From positions 298,778,001-298,842,000 of the forward strand of contig OZ024740.1 in NCBI GenBank assembly GCA_964016885.1: a stretch of 64,000 nucleotides of DNA, read 5' to 3'. Of the stretch, positions 1 through 14,162 are shown in pieces. The notes under the pieces were generated by a model. The model was not told where the DNA came from. It made no database searches and saw nothing but the letters and a program-made list of their open reading frames with translations. The DNA is from Eledone cirrhosa. Its lineage: Eukaryota. The stretch's first letter is position 1, and every line of letters starts with the position of its first letter. The translations under genes were made by a program, and so were the position numbers.

Positions 1-1958
1 TCTCAGAATCTTATCAAAGAAGCATTCTCTGGGATTAGTAGATCAAATGCATATGCAAAACACATCTATAATTGATTACTACAGAGTGTACTTCATTGTG
101 TGTATGTATATATGTGTGTGTGTGTATGTGTATGCATGTGTGTGCACATGCATACCTCTTTGCAGTACCACTTCTAGTCTTGTACATATGCTTCTAAAGT
201 TACCCTTAATGATGCTAGCAATTCAAGTAAGGAGAGACAATACTAAAATTTAATATACTGTCCTATAAGAAATGTGTGTTTTTGTTAGCCATCTTAGGTT
301 GCAGTTAGGTCTTTCACTGAATGAACAAGTGTTGGTAGATCAACTCTTCATCAGCCCCATCATTTTAAATCTGATTTCTATGCTAGCATGGGTTAAATGT
401 GTCATCACAAACTGAGACTAGACTTGTTGGAAAACTATTACTTCTAGTAATAGGGAATCTAAAACCTTAGGTATTATCATGAAATTCTGATTGTAATTTA
501 CATAATAAAAAATAATTTGTAATCTACGTCTGGTATTGAGTACTCTTTCTTCAGTTTGTTACTGCTGATGTATAGACATGTGTGTGTGTGTGTGTGTATT
601 TTGAAATTTATGGACAGAGAGAGAGATATATGTAAAATCCTGACTGAGATTATATATATAAAAATATGTGCATATGTATATATACATATATACATAAGTA
701 CATTTGTGTGTGTGTGTGTGTGTATATATTACATATATATATATGTATATATATATAATAATAATAATAATCATAAGGGTTTAGATCCATATCGAATGAT
801 TTTGATCTCGTTGCTTACAAATGTATATATATATACACGTGTGAATGTGTGTATTCATGTTGGTGTCCAGTGGGTTTTTTTTTGCCTGTTTATGTTCCAG
901 CTTCCAGTTCAGTTAGGTCACGCTTATGTATCAAGTCACTCTGTATGTGTGTTTCCTATCTATTTTTGTATTTGATGCATCAGCAAGTTGCCTGCAGTTT
1001 CTCTACACTCTTTAAGTTTATATATGATTCACAGTTCTATATCAGGATGATTTCTCTTATTTTTCTATGATTGAATATCTCCAGGAATCTATGGAGGATT
1101 TTATTGCCAACGTTTTAATGCATGCTACAGCATCAAATCCTATATAGAACTTAGCACTTGATTTAGAATACATCACCCTACTAAACCAGTGCATCTTGTT
1201 TACTCATGTTTAAACACACACACATTCACACACACATAGCCTTTTTTGAACAAACACTAATGCATGCAAACATATGCTTTTAAAATAAATATACTCACTT
1301 GCTTTTTAAACAAACACACGCTGGTACTTTTTAAACAAGCATAAATACACACATGCTTTGTAAACTAACATCACATCCACATGTGCTCTTTATACAAACA
1401 CCCATATGATTTTTAAACAAATAGACAAATACATGCACACTGTTTAAACAAACATAGATATACACACACTTTAAACACCCACATTCTTATGCCCACACAT
1501 GCAAACACTTTCCATTTAGATTTGGAAATTGTATTGGATTTGCTTTGAACACAACATAGTGACTATGGTAGAATAAATATCACAAACTCTTTAATTCATG
1601 GTACTGCACTTTATCAATTTGACCATCAATGACACACACATACATGTATGTGGGCATGGATATTTTCTATCTTAAACATTATTATAAAAAAAAAGTAATA
1701 AAAGAGAAAACCAAGTATTGCTCAGTCCAAAGTGGCTGATAAATTTATGTTGAAACAGATAAGGTGCTGTGGCGGTTAAAAGTTCAGGCAAAGCAGATAC
1801 ACATTCATATTTAATTTCAGACAAAAGGGAATTGAAGATTCTGTGTGGTGTTATCAGTGTGGCAAATGACAGGTGCATGCTTTGATTTGAGTTTTGTCAG
1901 TGGCTTTATTGTTAGATATCAAATTAGTATTTACAAACGTATAACACTTGATATTTTA

Positions 1959-1992
<34 letters not shown>

Positions 1993-1995
<3 letters not shown>

Positions 1996-2155
1996 TGTGG
2001 TTGACGGCTGAGGAGAAAAGAGTACTCAATACTGGAGTAGAGTTTTAATATTCATTTTATTATGGCTAAATAGTGAGTCTTGGAGTTTCAACTCTAGGCA
2101 AAACTTTAGAGTAACAATAACAAGACTCGCTATTTAGCCTTAATGAAAGGAATAT
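1993..2155. other. TA-bounded ~160-bp element ending in a 108-nt hairpin
   Basis: GGCTAAATAGTGAGTCTTG (2064-2082) pairs with CAAGACTCGCTATTTAGCC (2121-2139), and pairing extends out to 2048/2155. Confidence 0.7.
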
Positions 2156-4623
2156 ATCTATCTATCTATCTATCTATCTATATATATATATATATGGCTA
2201 AAACAACCCAATATATATATATATATGTCATCATCACTATTCAGCCTTAATAGAATGAATATATATATATCATCATCATTTCATTTTACGTCCGCTTTTT
2301 CCCTGCTTGCAAGGGTGGGATGGGAACTGATTCTGGTCATATATATATATATGACTAAGACAACCCAATATATATATATATATTGGGTTGTTTTAGCCTT
2401 TTAGCCATCATAGCTGATCCCAACCTGGAATACCTCCTTCAGAGTTGATTGTCCTGTCTTTTGTGTAGTCTCTTAAAGTGTCAAAAGTTCAATGTTGTTG
2501 CATTTTCACGATGCATGGCATCTCTAGTTGGCAGATCAACAAATTGGTAGAGGCTACTTTGGTTTGGTTATAGCTTTTTACAGTTGGCTGGTCTGGCATG
2601 CTAGAGAGGTTATGTGTGGATTATATATAATATATATGTAAAAATTAATGCATGCATGGACGTGTTTGTATAAATATATAAATATATTTATCTGTGTGGT
2701 ATGACTGTACATTGTACATCATCACCATCATTATTATTACTATTTAACATCTATTCCCCATGCTTGCATAGGTGAGATGGGTTGTCATTTTCTGAGGCTA
2801 GACAAGTCAGTTGACAATGCTTTGCTCACATATACTGTTTTTGGCTTGGTTTCTAAGGATGGATACCCTTCCTAACACCCATCATTTTACACCATGTACT
2901 AGGAACATTTTATGATTCCATCACTACCACTTTACATGGATAACTGGGAGATGCCTGTATTTACATTTACTATTTGTTTATCCTCCATGACTTAAGGCTT
3001 CATCAAAGACCAATAAAACAAAGAACCTGTCTTTAAGTGCATGCACACACATAGACATGCACATACACAAATGCATCCATATATACACAAAAGTGAATTG
3101 TGACAACCACATATATGTTTTGGTCAGGAAAGTTATCAAACAAACAAGAAATAGGAACAGTTGGTTGAATTCATAGTCAGTTGAAGAGAAATTCTGAAAA
3201 ACAATGGGGTGTGAAACATTTGAAAAACGGATTTTCAAAGGTTTCAGAGTAAAATAATATTACTTAAATATAGTAGATGGTATGTGAATATTAAATGGTG
3301 GAGGAAAAATATCGACAGATAGAAATAGAAATAGAAAGAGTGTGGAAAGATATAGAGTGATCAGATAGAGAGGGTATGTACTAGAACGATCAGAGGCACA
3401 GAGAGATATTTGCTTGCATGTAAATAATGCTTAGAGGTGTAAAGCAATAGAGAAAATTATAGATGAAACAATGAATATGAAGGTGAATAAGGAAGTTGGA
3501 GGGGATGGGGAAACAATATAGTGAGATGAAACAAGTGGAGGTACATAGAAGAATGTGTAGTTCTAAACAATAGCCTATCACATTACAACAATAAAGTTAA
3601 TAACAGCAACAGCAAAAACAACAAGATGATAATAATAAATAACAACAGCAACAGCAACAAAAACAACACTAATAATAATAATAATAATAATATGAATTGT
3701 ATCATCACCATCATTTAATGTTCACTTTTCTCTTCTCTGCTAGCTCACTGAAGTAATGATATTAATCAGATAAACTAACCAATGAAGATGAATGCATATT
3801 TATACATTCAGAGATATATGAATATTAATATAGATATGCATAAACACACAAATACATACCTCTCATGCTGGTGAAGAGAACATCAACTTATATATTTTTT
3901 ACAAATCTTTCATCCCTCTAGCCTTAATACTCCACCCATCTTCCTATAATCTACTCTGTCATATACTCTCAAACACACACTAAACAATCTTCCTCTATTC
4001 TATGTCACAAACTCGTTAAAACATCCATATACTCGTACATACAAATCACAGTTAGATACTTTACACAATATAAACTTCAACATACAAACATACATTAAAA
4101 TTTAATCATGCACTCACACATGCAAATCCACACATCTCACGGACATACGCTAACACTGCCAGATACTTTACACACATAAACAAAATAAACTACAACGCAC
4201 ATATACAGTACACACACTCAAACTTACATTCACTCACACATAAAAATCCACAACCACACACATACAGATATATGCATAACACACATGAACTTTGATACTT
4301 TACACAATAAACGTTTTAATAAAACACACGTTTAAACATACACATATACTCACACATAATATCAACACTAATACACTCACATTTTACTTAGTGTTCCAAT
4401 TTATGTTACCAAGACTACCTAACGGTTTGTCTTGTTTACTCTCATTATTTTCGTTTTTCTACAACTGATTACCTTTTATTTTCTCTGTCTATCCTTTGTG
4501 ATCCTGTCTCTAATTTTACTCCTGGAGAACGGCTAAAGCCCGACATGTTGAACTTTCTTTCCTCTTATCCATATAAAGCGTGAAACTAATAAGACTTTTT
4601 GTATCTGTTTTGTCGTTTCCTTG

Positions 4624-4666
<43 letters not shown>

Positions 4667-4772
4667 GTCTCCATCTCATGCTGCAAAAACTGTCCTGAGG
4701 AGCATGGGATTGATGTACAAAGATTGCATATCCTGAGACCCCCAAAGACAGTTCAGAAGGGAGCAAACCTCG

Positions 4773-4818
<46 letters not shown>

Positions 4819-5231
4819 GGAAGCAGAAAATTGCTTTTTGTGATCCAGTTCGTGGTTAAGAAAGCCAGTTTCACTATTTTGAAAATTTGGACTGTGAACA
4901 ACAATTATAATTGAGTGGCTGCTATTTGCAGTATGCAATATAAGGTTGCACTTACCAATGAAACGGTCGTAAATACCTGGATAAAATCCTTCTCTTAATG
5001 CTTACCTGTGTTTTCTCTTTTATATATATACATATATATATACATATAATATATAATATATTTATTAAAATAACAGATTAAAGTTTAAGCAAAGAATCGC
5101 TGCTTTCACCCTTAACGGGATCTTCTACATATGTATTTTGTCTGAAGAGGACATGTTTTGCTTTATGTTATACATAAAACTTTACATCTTTGAAATATAT
5201 ATAATAAAATAAATAGAGATGATATAAACAC

Positions 5232-5515
5232 AACATCCAGTCCGAAACAAATGAGGGCGTGTAGGTGTCACGACAAAAAAAACACACAGTCCACGCTGTA
5301 ATGTGGCCGTGTAGGTAACACGGTAAAAACCTCCCAGTCCACACTGTAAACGTGGTTGGTGTTAGGAAGGGCATCCAGCCGTAGAAAACCCGCCAGACAG
5401 TCCTATACGAGCAAGACAACCAATCTTGCCTCAAGTGGGAAAATTCCCGTCCAAACCCATGCTAGCGTGGAAGATGGACGTTAAACGATGATGATGATGA
5501 TGATGATGATGATGA
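5232..5515 (+). mobile_element. 3' UTR-only fragment of the same RTE family
   Basis: Reverse complement of 16105-16385; (GAT)n tail at 5487-5515. Confidence 0.85.
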
Positions 5516-6576
5516 TAAAGTATACATCTTCTGTTTATTACTATTATATATATATATATATATATTCTCATCTCCACGAGGCAAAAAAAAAGGGGTTGAG
5601 AGGACCTTCAGTTGTGCCACAGTACAGCAACTTCTTTACTATTGATGACCTACATGATAAATGCATCCAGTGCATGCTGAAAAGGAGTTGGTGATGGGAA
5701 GGGCATCCAGTGCATGCTGAAAAGGAGTTGGTGATGGGAAGGGCATCCAGTCATAGAAAGCTTGCCAAATAAAGGGTTGGGAAAAACCTTCAGTCATGTG
5801 AAGGACATGATAGCCTCAGGGTTGGGAAGAACCTTCAATCGTGTCAAGAACATGACAGCCTCCCTAGTGTTGGTGACCTACATGATAAATGCACCCAGTA
5901 CATGCTGAAAAGTGATTGGTGATAGGAAGGACTTCCAACTGTAGAAAGCTTGCCAAATAAAGAGCTGGGAGGACTGTTTAGTTGTGTCAATGACATGACA
6001 ACCTCTCCTGTGCAGGTGTAGATAAGGGAACTGCATGTGTGTCTTGTTATTTTCATGGGATTGATGGATTAAAGGACTGTGGCAACTGCTTGGTGATAAA
6101 GGTTCTTTCATGTCCTGTATTGTATAGTTGCTCAGATGCTTGTTGTCACCACAAGCACCAGCAACACCTGGAGTCGCAACTAGTTGCTAGGTCCATTCAT
6201 CTCTAATGTAGCATTTGCTATAGTATGTGTGGGTGTGGGCGTGGCAATGTACGTGTACATATCTGTGTATATATTACAAGAGTATACAGCCCTCCCCATT
6301 GTGCAGGAGGGTTATGTATATATGCAGCACCTACACCGACACTAGGGTATGGAGATTTTTTTTCTGCCGGAAAGCCCCACATTTGTCATCACACAGCCTA
6401 CAAGTGGGGGTGGGAGAACATTAAAAAGGCTTCTCAACAGAATTATTGACTAAAGTAACATTTACAACAGTGGTTTTAATATGCTCTAAGATCAACAATT
6501 TTTGTTACATATTTGAAAACAAGCTAAAAATACAGAACATAGATTGGAGAGAGAGAGAAGGAGAGAGAGATATGTT

Positions 6577-6805
6577 TTAACCCTTTAGCCTTTAAACCGG
6601 CCATATCCTGCCAGAATTTCCTTACCTCTTTCTGTTCAAACTGACTGTAACCAGCCTGTCATACTGATGTTAAGGTATTGTTCTCAAAATAAATAATATC
6701 AAAATCTCATAGATTCGATATTATGTGAGATAACTATATGAGGTAAAGCCTTTATCATGAAAATACAATAGTAAATATAGTGTAATGTAAATGCTAAAGG
6801 TTTAA
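6577..6805. mobile_element. TTAA-flanked (piggyBac-type) MITE
   Basis: TTAA|CCCTTTAGCCTTTA ... TAAATGCTAAAGGT|TTAA. Confidence 0.7.
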
Positions 6806-9800
6806 GGAAGGGCGTCCGGCTATAGAAACCACACCCAAACTGGAACATTATTAACCAAGGTGTTGGCCTCTTGCCTGCTTTGGCAGATGATAGTAACTCT
6901 AATAAACTACTTACTTGGTCTGTGAAAACCCATCCAACCAGCATAGAAAAACGGATGTGAAGTGATGATGATGATGATATATATATATTGTTTGCAAAGT
7001 TTGTTTACATAGTTTAGACAACAAACACATAGATTCTCTCGCAGCAGAGATAGGTTCAATCTCAATTTACACCTCAGTTCAATTTGCTTCAACTGTTCTG
7101 TTAATGAGATGGTGTGTTTACCTCAATGCTTAGAGTGAGAGAGAGAGACACACACAACTGCACAGATCTCCTACTCACCATATGTACTATAATGATGGTT
7201 GGTTGGCAGCAGAGTGGTGTTGGTCTTGGTGTGGAATCTCGCCATAAACACCTAGGTTTTAATTAAGCATGCTCTACTGCACAAAATGTTATTAACACAT
7301 TTGTTCATGTGATTAGTTCTGACCTACCTTCGGCCAGCATCAACTTAGCTTGGTCTGTTGCCAAATGTAGCTAGACAGAACCCCTTGTCTATCGTCTACC
7401 TCACAACACTGTGATAAAATAGACATTAACAATAATGAAAAAAGGAGTGACAATGTTTGTGTTGATTGTTGTAGTGTTGGTGATGGTTATGTTGTTGCTG
7501 TTGGTTCTGACTGGTAGTGGTGGTAGTGGCAGTGATGTGATGGTGATAGTGGTAAAGATGATGCTTCTGCTATTGGTGGTGGCTGGGATATAGTGGTGGT
7601 GCTACTATTAATGGCAGTGTAGTAGAAAGGACAATGATTGTGGTGGTACATCAGTTTATAGTAGGTTTGATTCTGTTGTTAGGGATGCTGGTATTACAGG
7701 AATACTTAGTTTTGGTGTTGGTAATAGTACAGACTTGCATTAGTATTCATGTTATTTGAAGAGGTGATATAGGGAGTGTGATTAACAGCTTTTTATGGTG
7801 GTAATAGCAGAGGTGGTGTTAGTATTGGGGATGCTGGTTAGTTTTAGTGGTGGTCTGATAATATAATGTCAGTTTTTGGAGTTGGTGATTGCACTAGTTT
7901 TAACAATAATAATGTTTGTGTTAGCAACTTGTTAGGAGTGTAAATAGTCATGTTTACATGTTTCCTCCTGAGACAACATTGGTGATTGTACATGATAATA
8001 TGTCTGTAGTCACATAGAGAGCGAGAGCAGTAGACAAATAGATAGATAGATAGATTCAATAGAAGTGCAATGAAGGGAGAGAATCAAAACTGAAGAAGGG
8101 AGAAAAATATTTGAAGTGTGCAAAAACAAATAAATAATTAGAAGAAGGACTGAAGAAAAAATATATATAAAGAAATGGAGGGGAGACTCTCAAGTTATCG
8201 GAACAACCTGTAAATGAGAGAACATTGTAAATAATGAATAGTTGTCCATGCTGTTAATAGATCCTGGTCAAAATTGTTAGCTTTCTTCATTTTGTTTTCC
8301 TGCTGTTTTTCTTGGGTTGAGTTTGTTGTTTTTTTCCCCCTTTTATTTTTCCTTATTCTTTCTGAACTATCAGAATTATGCAGTGAATTTCCGAATGTGA
8401 GTATAGCTATGATGGGTAGTCTATATTCACCCCGCAAAAAAGCTCTGCTGGACTCACCATTACCATTACAATCCCAAACAGACAGAGATATACTATAAAA
8501 TGTTTATGGCCTCTCTTGATAAACATGAAAACGATATCTTATTCGGATGTCAGAAGAAGCAGATTTTTCACTGATGTAATTAGCTAGGATTATTTGGGAA
8601 GATCACATCATAGAAACTTTTGGCAGAGACCACAGTCCAAAAGTAATCCTGTCTAAATATCTGATATCTCCTTTGGCAATTGACATTCCTGTGTTGTCAG
8701 CTGAAGTGTTGGAATGTATCATGGTTGAAAATCATTACGGACCATTTGCCAATAGAGAAAAATAAACTACAGTCTCTTCTTTTCACTTTTTTCTTCATAT
8801 TATAAAGCTCTTGGTGTGAACTAGAATGCTCTTCTTTAACTTTTCTCTTTAATTTATAAAACTCTGCCTTCTTTCTTTGAGGAAAAAGGTAAGTTTCTCC
8901 TTGGTGAGTGAAATAGAAAATTCTTATCTTGCTTTTCTCTTCCTGATATAAAGCTCTGCCCTGTTTTTGTTTCTCAGCAACAAAGTAAATTCCTCTTTCA
9001 TATGTTTCTATGGAATTCCATTCTTTTCATTTTCATTTCCCTTTTTCATCTTTTTGAATTATGCCATCATATCGCCAATATTTGTGTTTACTATTTTCAC
9101 AATACTTCATTCCATCTGAGTCCAATTATCCAGATTTTCCATCTGTCATGGTGTTCAATATTATTGATATCTTAGTAAAAAATACATATTTGTGTTTGTG
9201 AAAATATTTCAATTATTTGACTTCATTTTTGGTGAGTGTTCAAACATGGAAGCCTAAAATTTTAATGAATTTTTAATGAAAACTTTCTCTTTTTATGTGT
9301 TGCTCTTAATACAACTTTTGAAGGAAACCAGGGTTCGAAAATACTGATAATCATTGTTGCCTGCCTGCCCACATAAAACTTGCTGATGAGTATATATTTT
9401 AGACAATGATGACTGCTGCTTTAAGGCTCATAGAAGGCAGATAAGGAAAATGAGTGACACACGCACACACACACCACTCTCTATCTGTCATTCCTTCCCT
9501 TTTTCTGTCTCTATATATTATATACTTCATTATATATATATATATACATCATCATCATCATCACCATTTAACGTCCATTTTTCAATGTAAGGTGGTAGTG
9601 CTGGAGTCATGACAAAATATAAAGTGGTTGGTGTTAGGATGGTCATCTAACCATAGAAACCAAGCTAAAAATGGAACATATGCTTAAGACATGGTCACCT
9701 GACTAGTAAAGCCTTAGAGCATGATAACCTGTCTAGCCAATGCAAGCATGGAAAATAGATGTTAAACAATGGCAATAATGATGATATATATGTATTTTAC

Positions 9801-9902
9801 TACATACATATATATGTAAAAGTAATCAGAAAACAAAACAATAAATGATGCAATACACTGAAGATATATATTAGTTTAATGCTTGATATAGTAGGAAAAG
9901 AG

Positions 9903-9931
9903 TCTTAATGTTTCAGACACTAATCAGAAGG
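9903..9931 (-). ncRNA. Hammerhead relic with internal deletion (same family as 62450)
   Basis: CCUU-CUGA-[deletion]-UUAGUGUCU-GAAAC-AU-U-AAGA. Flanks match 52040-52150 and 62400-62530. Confidence 0.35.
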
Positions 9932-10530
9932 ATGAGAAATAGAAGGAATAGAAAATTAGAGGAGAGTGTGAAAAGTAGGAAATGGGAAAATAAAATTGGG
10001 AGAAAAAGCACGTGTATCCAGCCTGTTGTCACACACACACTCATGCACACGCACACACACACACATGCACACACACATGCACACACACACACACACACAC
10101 ACCCACACCCACACCTATGTATCAATATTTAATATAGAAATGGCTTCTACAAGATTAGAATTGTTTCATTCTTATGAAATCATCAGAAATGCCTGCTTTA
10201 ACTTGGGATCTACATATATATATATATATGCCTTATATACACTCACACATTCACACACATATATATAAAGTATTTCCGTAGAAAAGGTAAAGGAAAGAAG
10301 AGTGCTCTATGTATAGTACAGAGCTATTTTATTATGTAATAAATAACACAATATAATTATTACATAATTAAATATATATATATATATATGTCTGTGTATG
10401 TATATATCATCATCATTTCTAAGTCCATTTTTAACATGCTTGCATGGGCTGGATGAGTCCTTTTCAGCATCTCTCCACTTGCCGTGTTCCTTCGTCAGCT
10501 CATCTGTGAGTCTCAGCAATATATATATGT

Positions 10531-10923
10531 GGAGGCACATGGCTTACTGGTTAGAGCATTGGCCTTGCAATCGAAAGGTTGTGAGTTCAATTTTCAGAAC
10601 AAGTGATGTGTTGTTTCCTTGAGCAAGACACTTTATTTCATATTGCCCCAGTTTACTCAGCTGTAGAAATGAGATGATAGGGACCCCAGTGGAATGATAG
10701 GGACCACTGCAAAGTGGTCGTGGAGGTGCCTCGGCAAAAGAGCACCCAGCCCACACTGTAAAGTGGACGTGTAGGCGCCACAAAAAAAAAAAGCACCCAG
10801 CACTCACTGTAAATGAGGTTGGTGTTAGGAAGGGCATCCAGCTGTAGAAATCAAGCCAGAATCAGTTCCCGTCCCACCCTTGCAAGCAGGTAAAAGCGGA
10901 TGTAAAATGAAATGATGATGATG
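10531..10923 (+). mobile_element. tRNA-derived SINE with RTE-derived 3' tail
   Basis: A box TGGCTTACTGG, B box GAGTTCAATT, body CCTTGAGCAAGACACTT; the 3' part shares GGTGTTAGGAAGGGCATCCAGC and the (GAT)n tail with the RTE LINE. Confidence 0.85.
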
Positions 10924-11699
10924 AAATATATATATATATGTGTGTGTGCATGTATGTATATATACACACACATAATTACACATACATACATAGAATGAGT
11001 GAGAGAGATGTGTGTGTTTTATTACTTCTGGCAGTTGTCCCACACAGTCTTGAGCAATTTTCATTTTACTGATGCATACAGGTTTCTCCGACCCCTTCTG
11101 TGGAGATCTATTCTTTGCCAACCAATTTAAAAAATATTTCTTTTTTCATTATACGTTCTAGACAAAAACCACCTGAAGCTATCATTTATTTCTATCTCTC
11201 TCATGTCCCTCCATAGATAATCACTTTTACTTCCATTGTCATCATCATCACCATCATCATTCCCATCATGATCATCATCATTGTCATATCATTATCAACA
11301 TAATCATGAAAATAAGATAAAGCAAGAATATAATTGGTAAAGGGATCAGCCTTAGGATGCATTTTAAATCCTTTAAATGAAGAATTCTCTTTTCAATTTT
11401 ATCTTTACCCTTATCACTATCATCATCATCATCATCATCGTTATAATTGTTGATGTCCATTTTATTATTGTCCTCATCATTGTCATCACCATTGTCATCA
11501 TCTGAGTCAGTTTTGTCATCATCATTTTCATCTTCATAAACATGGGTCTAATCGGTAATGGGTTTGATGAGCCTTAGGATGTGAAGTTCAAAAAGTTGCA
11601 GAAATTGTTTTAAAATGTTTATTGTAATCATCATCACCCCAAAAATAAGATATGACGAGAATACAGAGCTAAAAAAACCCTTATATGGTTAATTGCTAT

Positions 11700-12600
11700 C
11701 AATAATGTTAGGCAGCAAATTAACAATGTCAATCCTGTTCATGAAGGTTATGAACAGGAGAGGTGACAGTTCGCACCCTTTGCAGAATCAACCCCCACAT
11801 TGAATGATTTCAATTTAGCAACATTTATCCAAACATTAATACTAGGGCATTTGTATAGAGACATCAGGGCAACAAGAAGCTGTCCATTTAACCCATACTC
11901 CTGCAGAAACTTCTACAACATATCCCATGGAACACAGTCATATGCCTTTTCAAGGTCTAAGAAAACAAGCATACTTCTCTTGGCAACACTTTCATGATTT
12001 CTCACAGACATACAGTGTGACTATTTGGTCAGCTGTGCTGTAGCCAGAGGAAAAACCACACTGTCCATTAGCTATCTTGGACTTGACAATATCCCTACAA
12101 CTCTTTACCAGTCACTTTGCATCGACTTTACTGGGGAAACTTAACAAGTATATCCCTCTATAATTGGAGCAATATCTCTTGTCTCTGCTTTAGAAAATCG
12201 GGATTATCACTTCTGATTGTTTAGGTGCCATTCCAGAGATCCAGGCCACCCGACACACATGAATCGGCCAGAGAATCTATTCTCTGTTTAAGGCTTTTGA
12301 TATCTTGGGCCAAATTTCATCCTCTCCAGTGGCCTTGCCACATGTGAGCTATTCAATTTTTCACATGACCTCAGCCTCTGAGACATTAGTCACCACTCTG
12401 AGATGTAGTTTGTGTATCTTAGAAGATGCTGTTGTGACTGAGTTTAGGAGATCGGCTAAGTATTCTCTCTACCTGGCAAGGATGCACCACTCTGAAGAGT
12501 GGAGTACCCCACCTTCTTCCAGCACAAAAACATCCATAAATACACTTGGTATGTAGGGAATCATTGTCAGAGATCAACAATTGATTTTCTTATTGTTTGT
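11700..12600 (-). mobile_element. Decayed RT region of a second RTE-type LINE
   Basis: Minus-strand translation relics FLDLEKAYD.VPW, LQEYG, GC.LSP.LF..FMNRI and .YRGI.LLS.. Confidence 0.6.
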
Positions 12601-14162
12601 GATCTCTTTGATTCTGTGCTGGATGTTGATGTTAAGAGATGAGCTGAGCTGTCAACTGATCACCATCTAGGTATCTGCAACCCGAGACTACCTAAAGCCA
12701 ACCCACAGGATAAAGTTAGAAGTGCTGGCCGAAAAGGAAGTCAGGGACAGGTTTGCAGATACTATTGCATTCTAATTCAGAATTCCCTGAGCAAATTGAG
12801 ACTGGAGACTCATCAGCTTGGCACTTTCTGCTTCAGTTATTAAATGCTGTGGGTAAAAGTGGCTTGGTGAAGATCCCTTGGTTCAATCAAGTGGTCAAAG
12901 ATGTCATCCAAGCAAAGAAGGTTTACAAAGCTTGACTTGGAAATAAGTTCTCCTTCTTGCACTTACAGTACATGCAGGTGTGAAAAGGCATCCAAAGTTA
13001 TGACACGGGAGGACTTTGGGGTTAAGCTGGAATACAACTTCAGATCTGCAAATAGCCTAATCATTTAGATAAATATTAAAATCCTTTCATTAATTTTAAC
13101 CACCAACACCACCTATGTTGATGAAAGAAAATCACTAATTTTTAAGGATTCCCATCTAAATTGATATCTTTAAACATAATTTGATATCAGAACCTTTTGT
13201 CATGTTATGTTACAAACACTATCATAATCATGAAATGATTAATAATTGTAGTAAATCCTTCCAAATTCTTCATTATTTAATTCAAATACAGTGTATTTCA
13301 TTAGAAATATGGTCACGAAAGGGTTAAACAGATTACAGACAGTTATATCCTAACTCTTCTAGGTAGGTAGTTCATAATTGATAGCTTCAACAATAGGCAT
13401 ACAAATTTGGACTGGAAGTCTGAACTTTGTCACCTATAGTTGATTGTTAATATATTAGATTTGCAGTTGTCTAACTCATAACAGAATAGAAAAGAAAAGA
13501 TGTTAAAATTGCTATAATATTAATGTTGGTTGTGGCAGCTGCAGTGGTAGTAAGGATGTCAGTGACAATGAATTACTAGTCTCCATGCTATCATTTTGCT
13601 TCATCTTCTGTGAGATTGTTACTATTTATAAAAAAAAAAAAAAATCATACTGGAACAAAAACAGAGAAAGGAAAATCATTTTCAAAACATTATTATGTTC
13701 TACATGTGGAATATTGTCTCCGTAGATTGAAATCCACATAAGAGTGTGATATGTCTGTAGACCATTTTCCACTCGCTTCGTGTTTGTTAAAAAACTAACA
13801 CAATATCAGTTATTTAGTGTAAATCAACTTTGTCTTCAATGAGTAAGGATACAAATATAATTAAAAAATGTATATATAATACAGAAGTTATGTCAGCAAC
13901 AACTATATCCAAAAATATGAGGTATAGGGATGGAAAAAAATAGAGAGTTCTTTAAAAGTATAGATTGATCACCAACATAGTGAATCTTGCTATAATTTAA
14001 GGGAAGGCTATTAGTTTATGTGTAAAATTTCAAGTATGTAAATGATGTCTTAAAATTTCAAGAAAGGGGCAGCTTTGCCCAATGTTAAACTGGAAAAATA
14101 ATTAATGTATATAAAGAAACTGCAACTTTATTTGGTTTCTTTTAATTAAAATAATTAAACTT

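Noticed and set aside
5130-5200. CUGAAGA-GGACAUG, a possible 5' half of a long-stem hammerhead in a repeat also seen at the window end
   Set aside because: No GAAAC or closing stem I before the adjacent RTE fragment, so it cannot be supported.
8685-8725. PVLSAEVLECIM resembling the expected upstream PNPase exon (..TSEVLESN)
   Set aside because: The surrounding residues do not match the ALAEKAL...FPFTIR pattern, and there is no phase-1 donor after an ESN.
10531-10605. tRNA gene
   Set aside because: A/B boxes are present but the cloverleaf is not intact, and it continues into a multi-copy SINE body.
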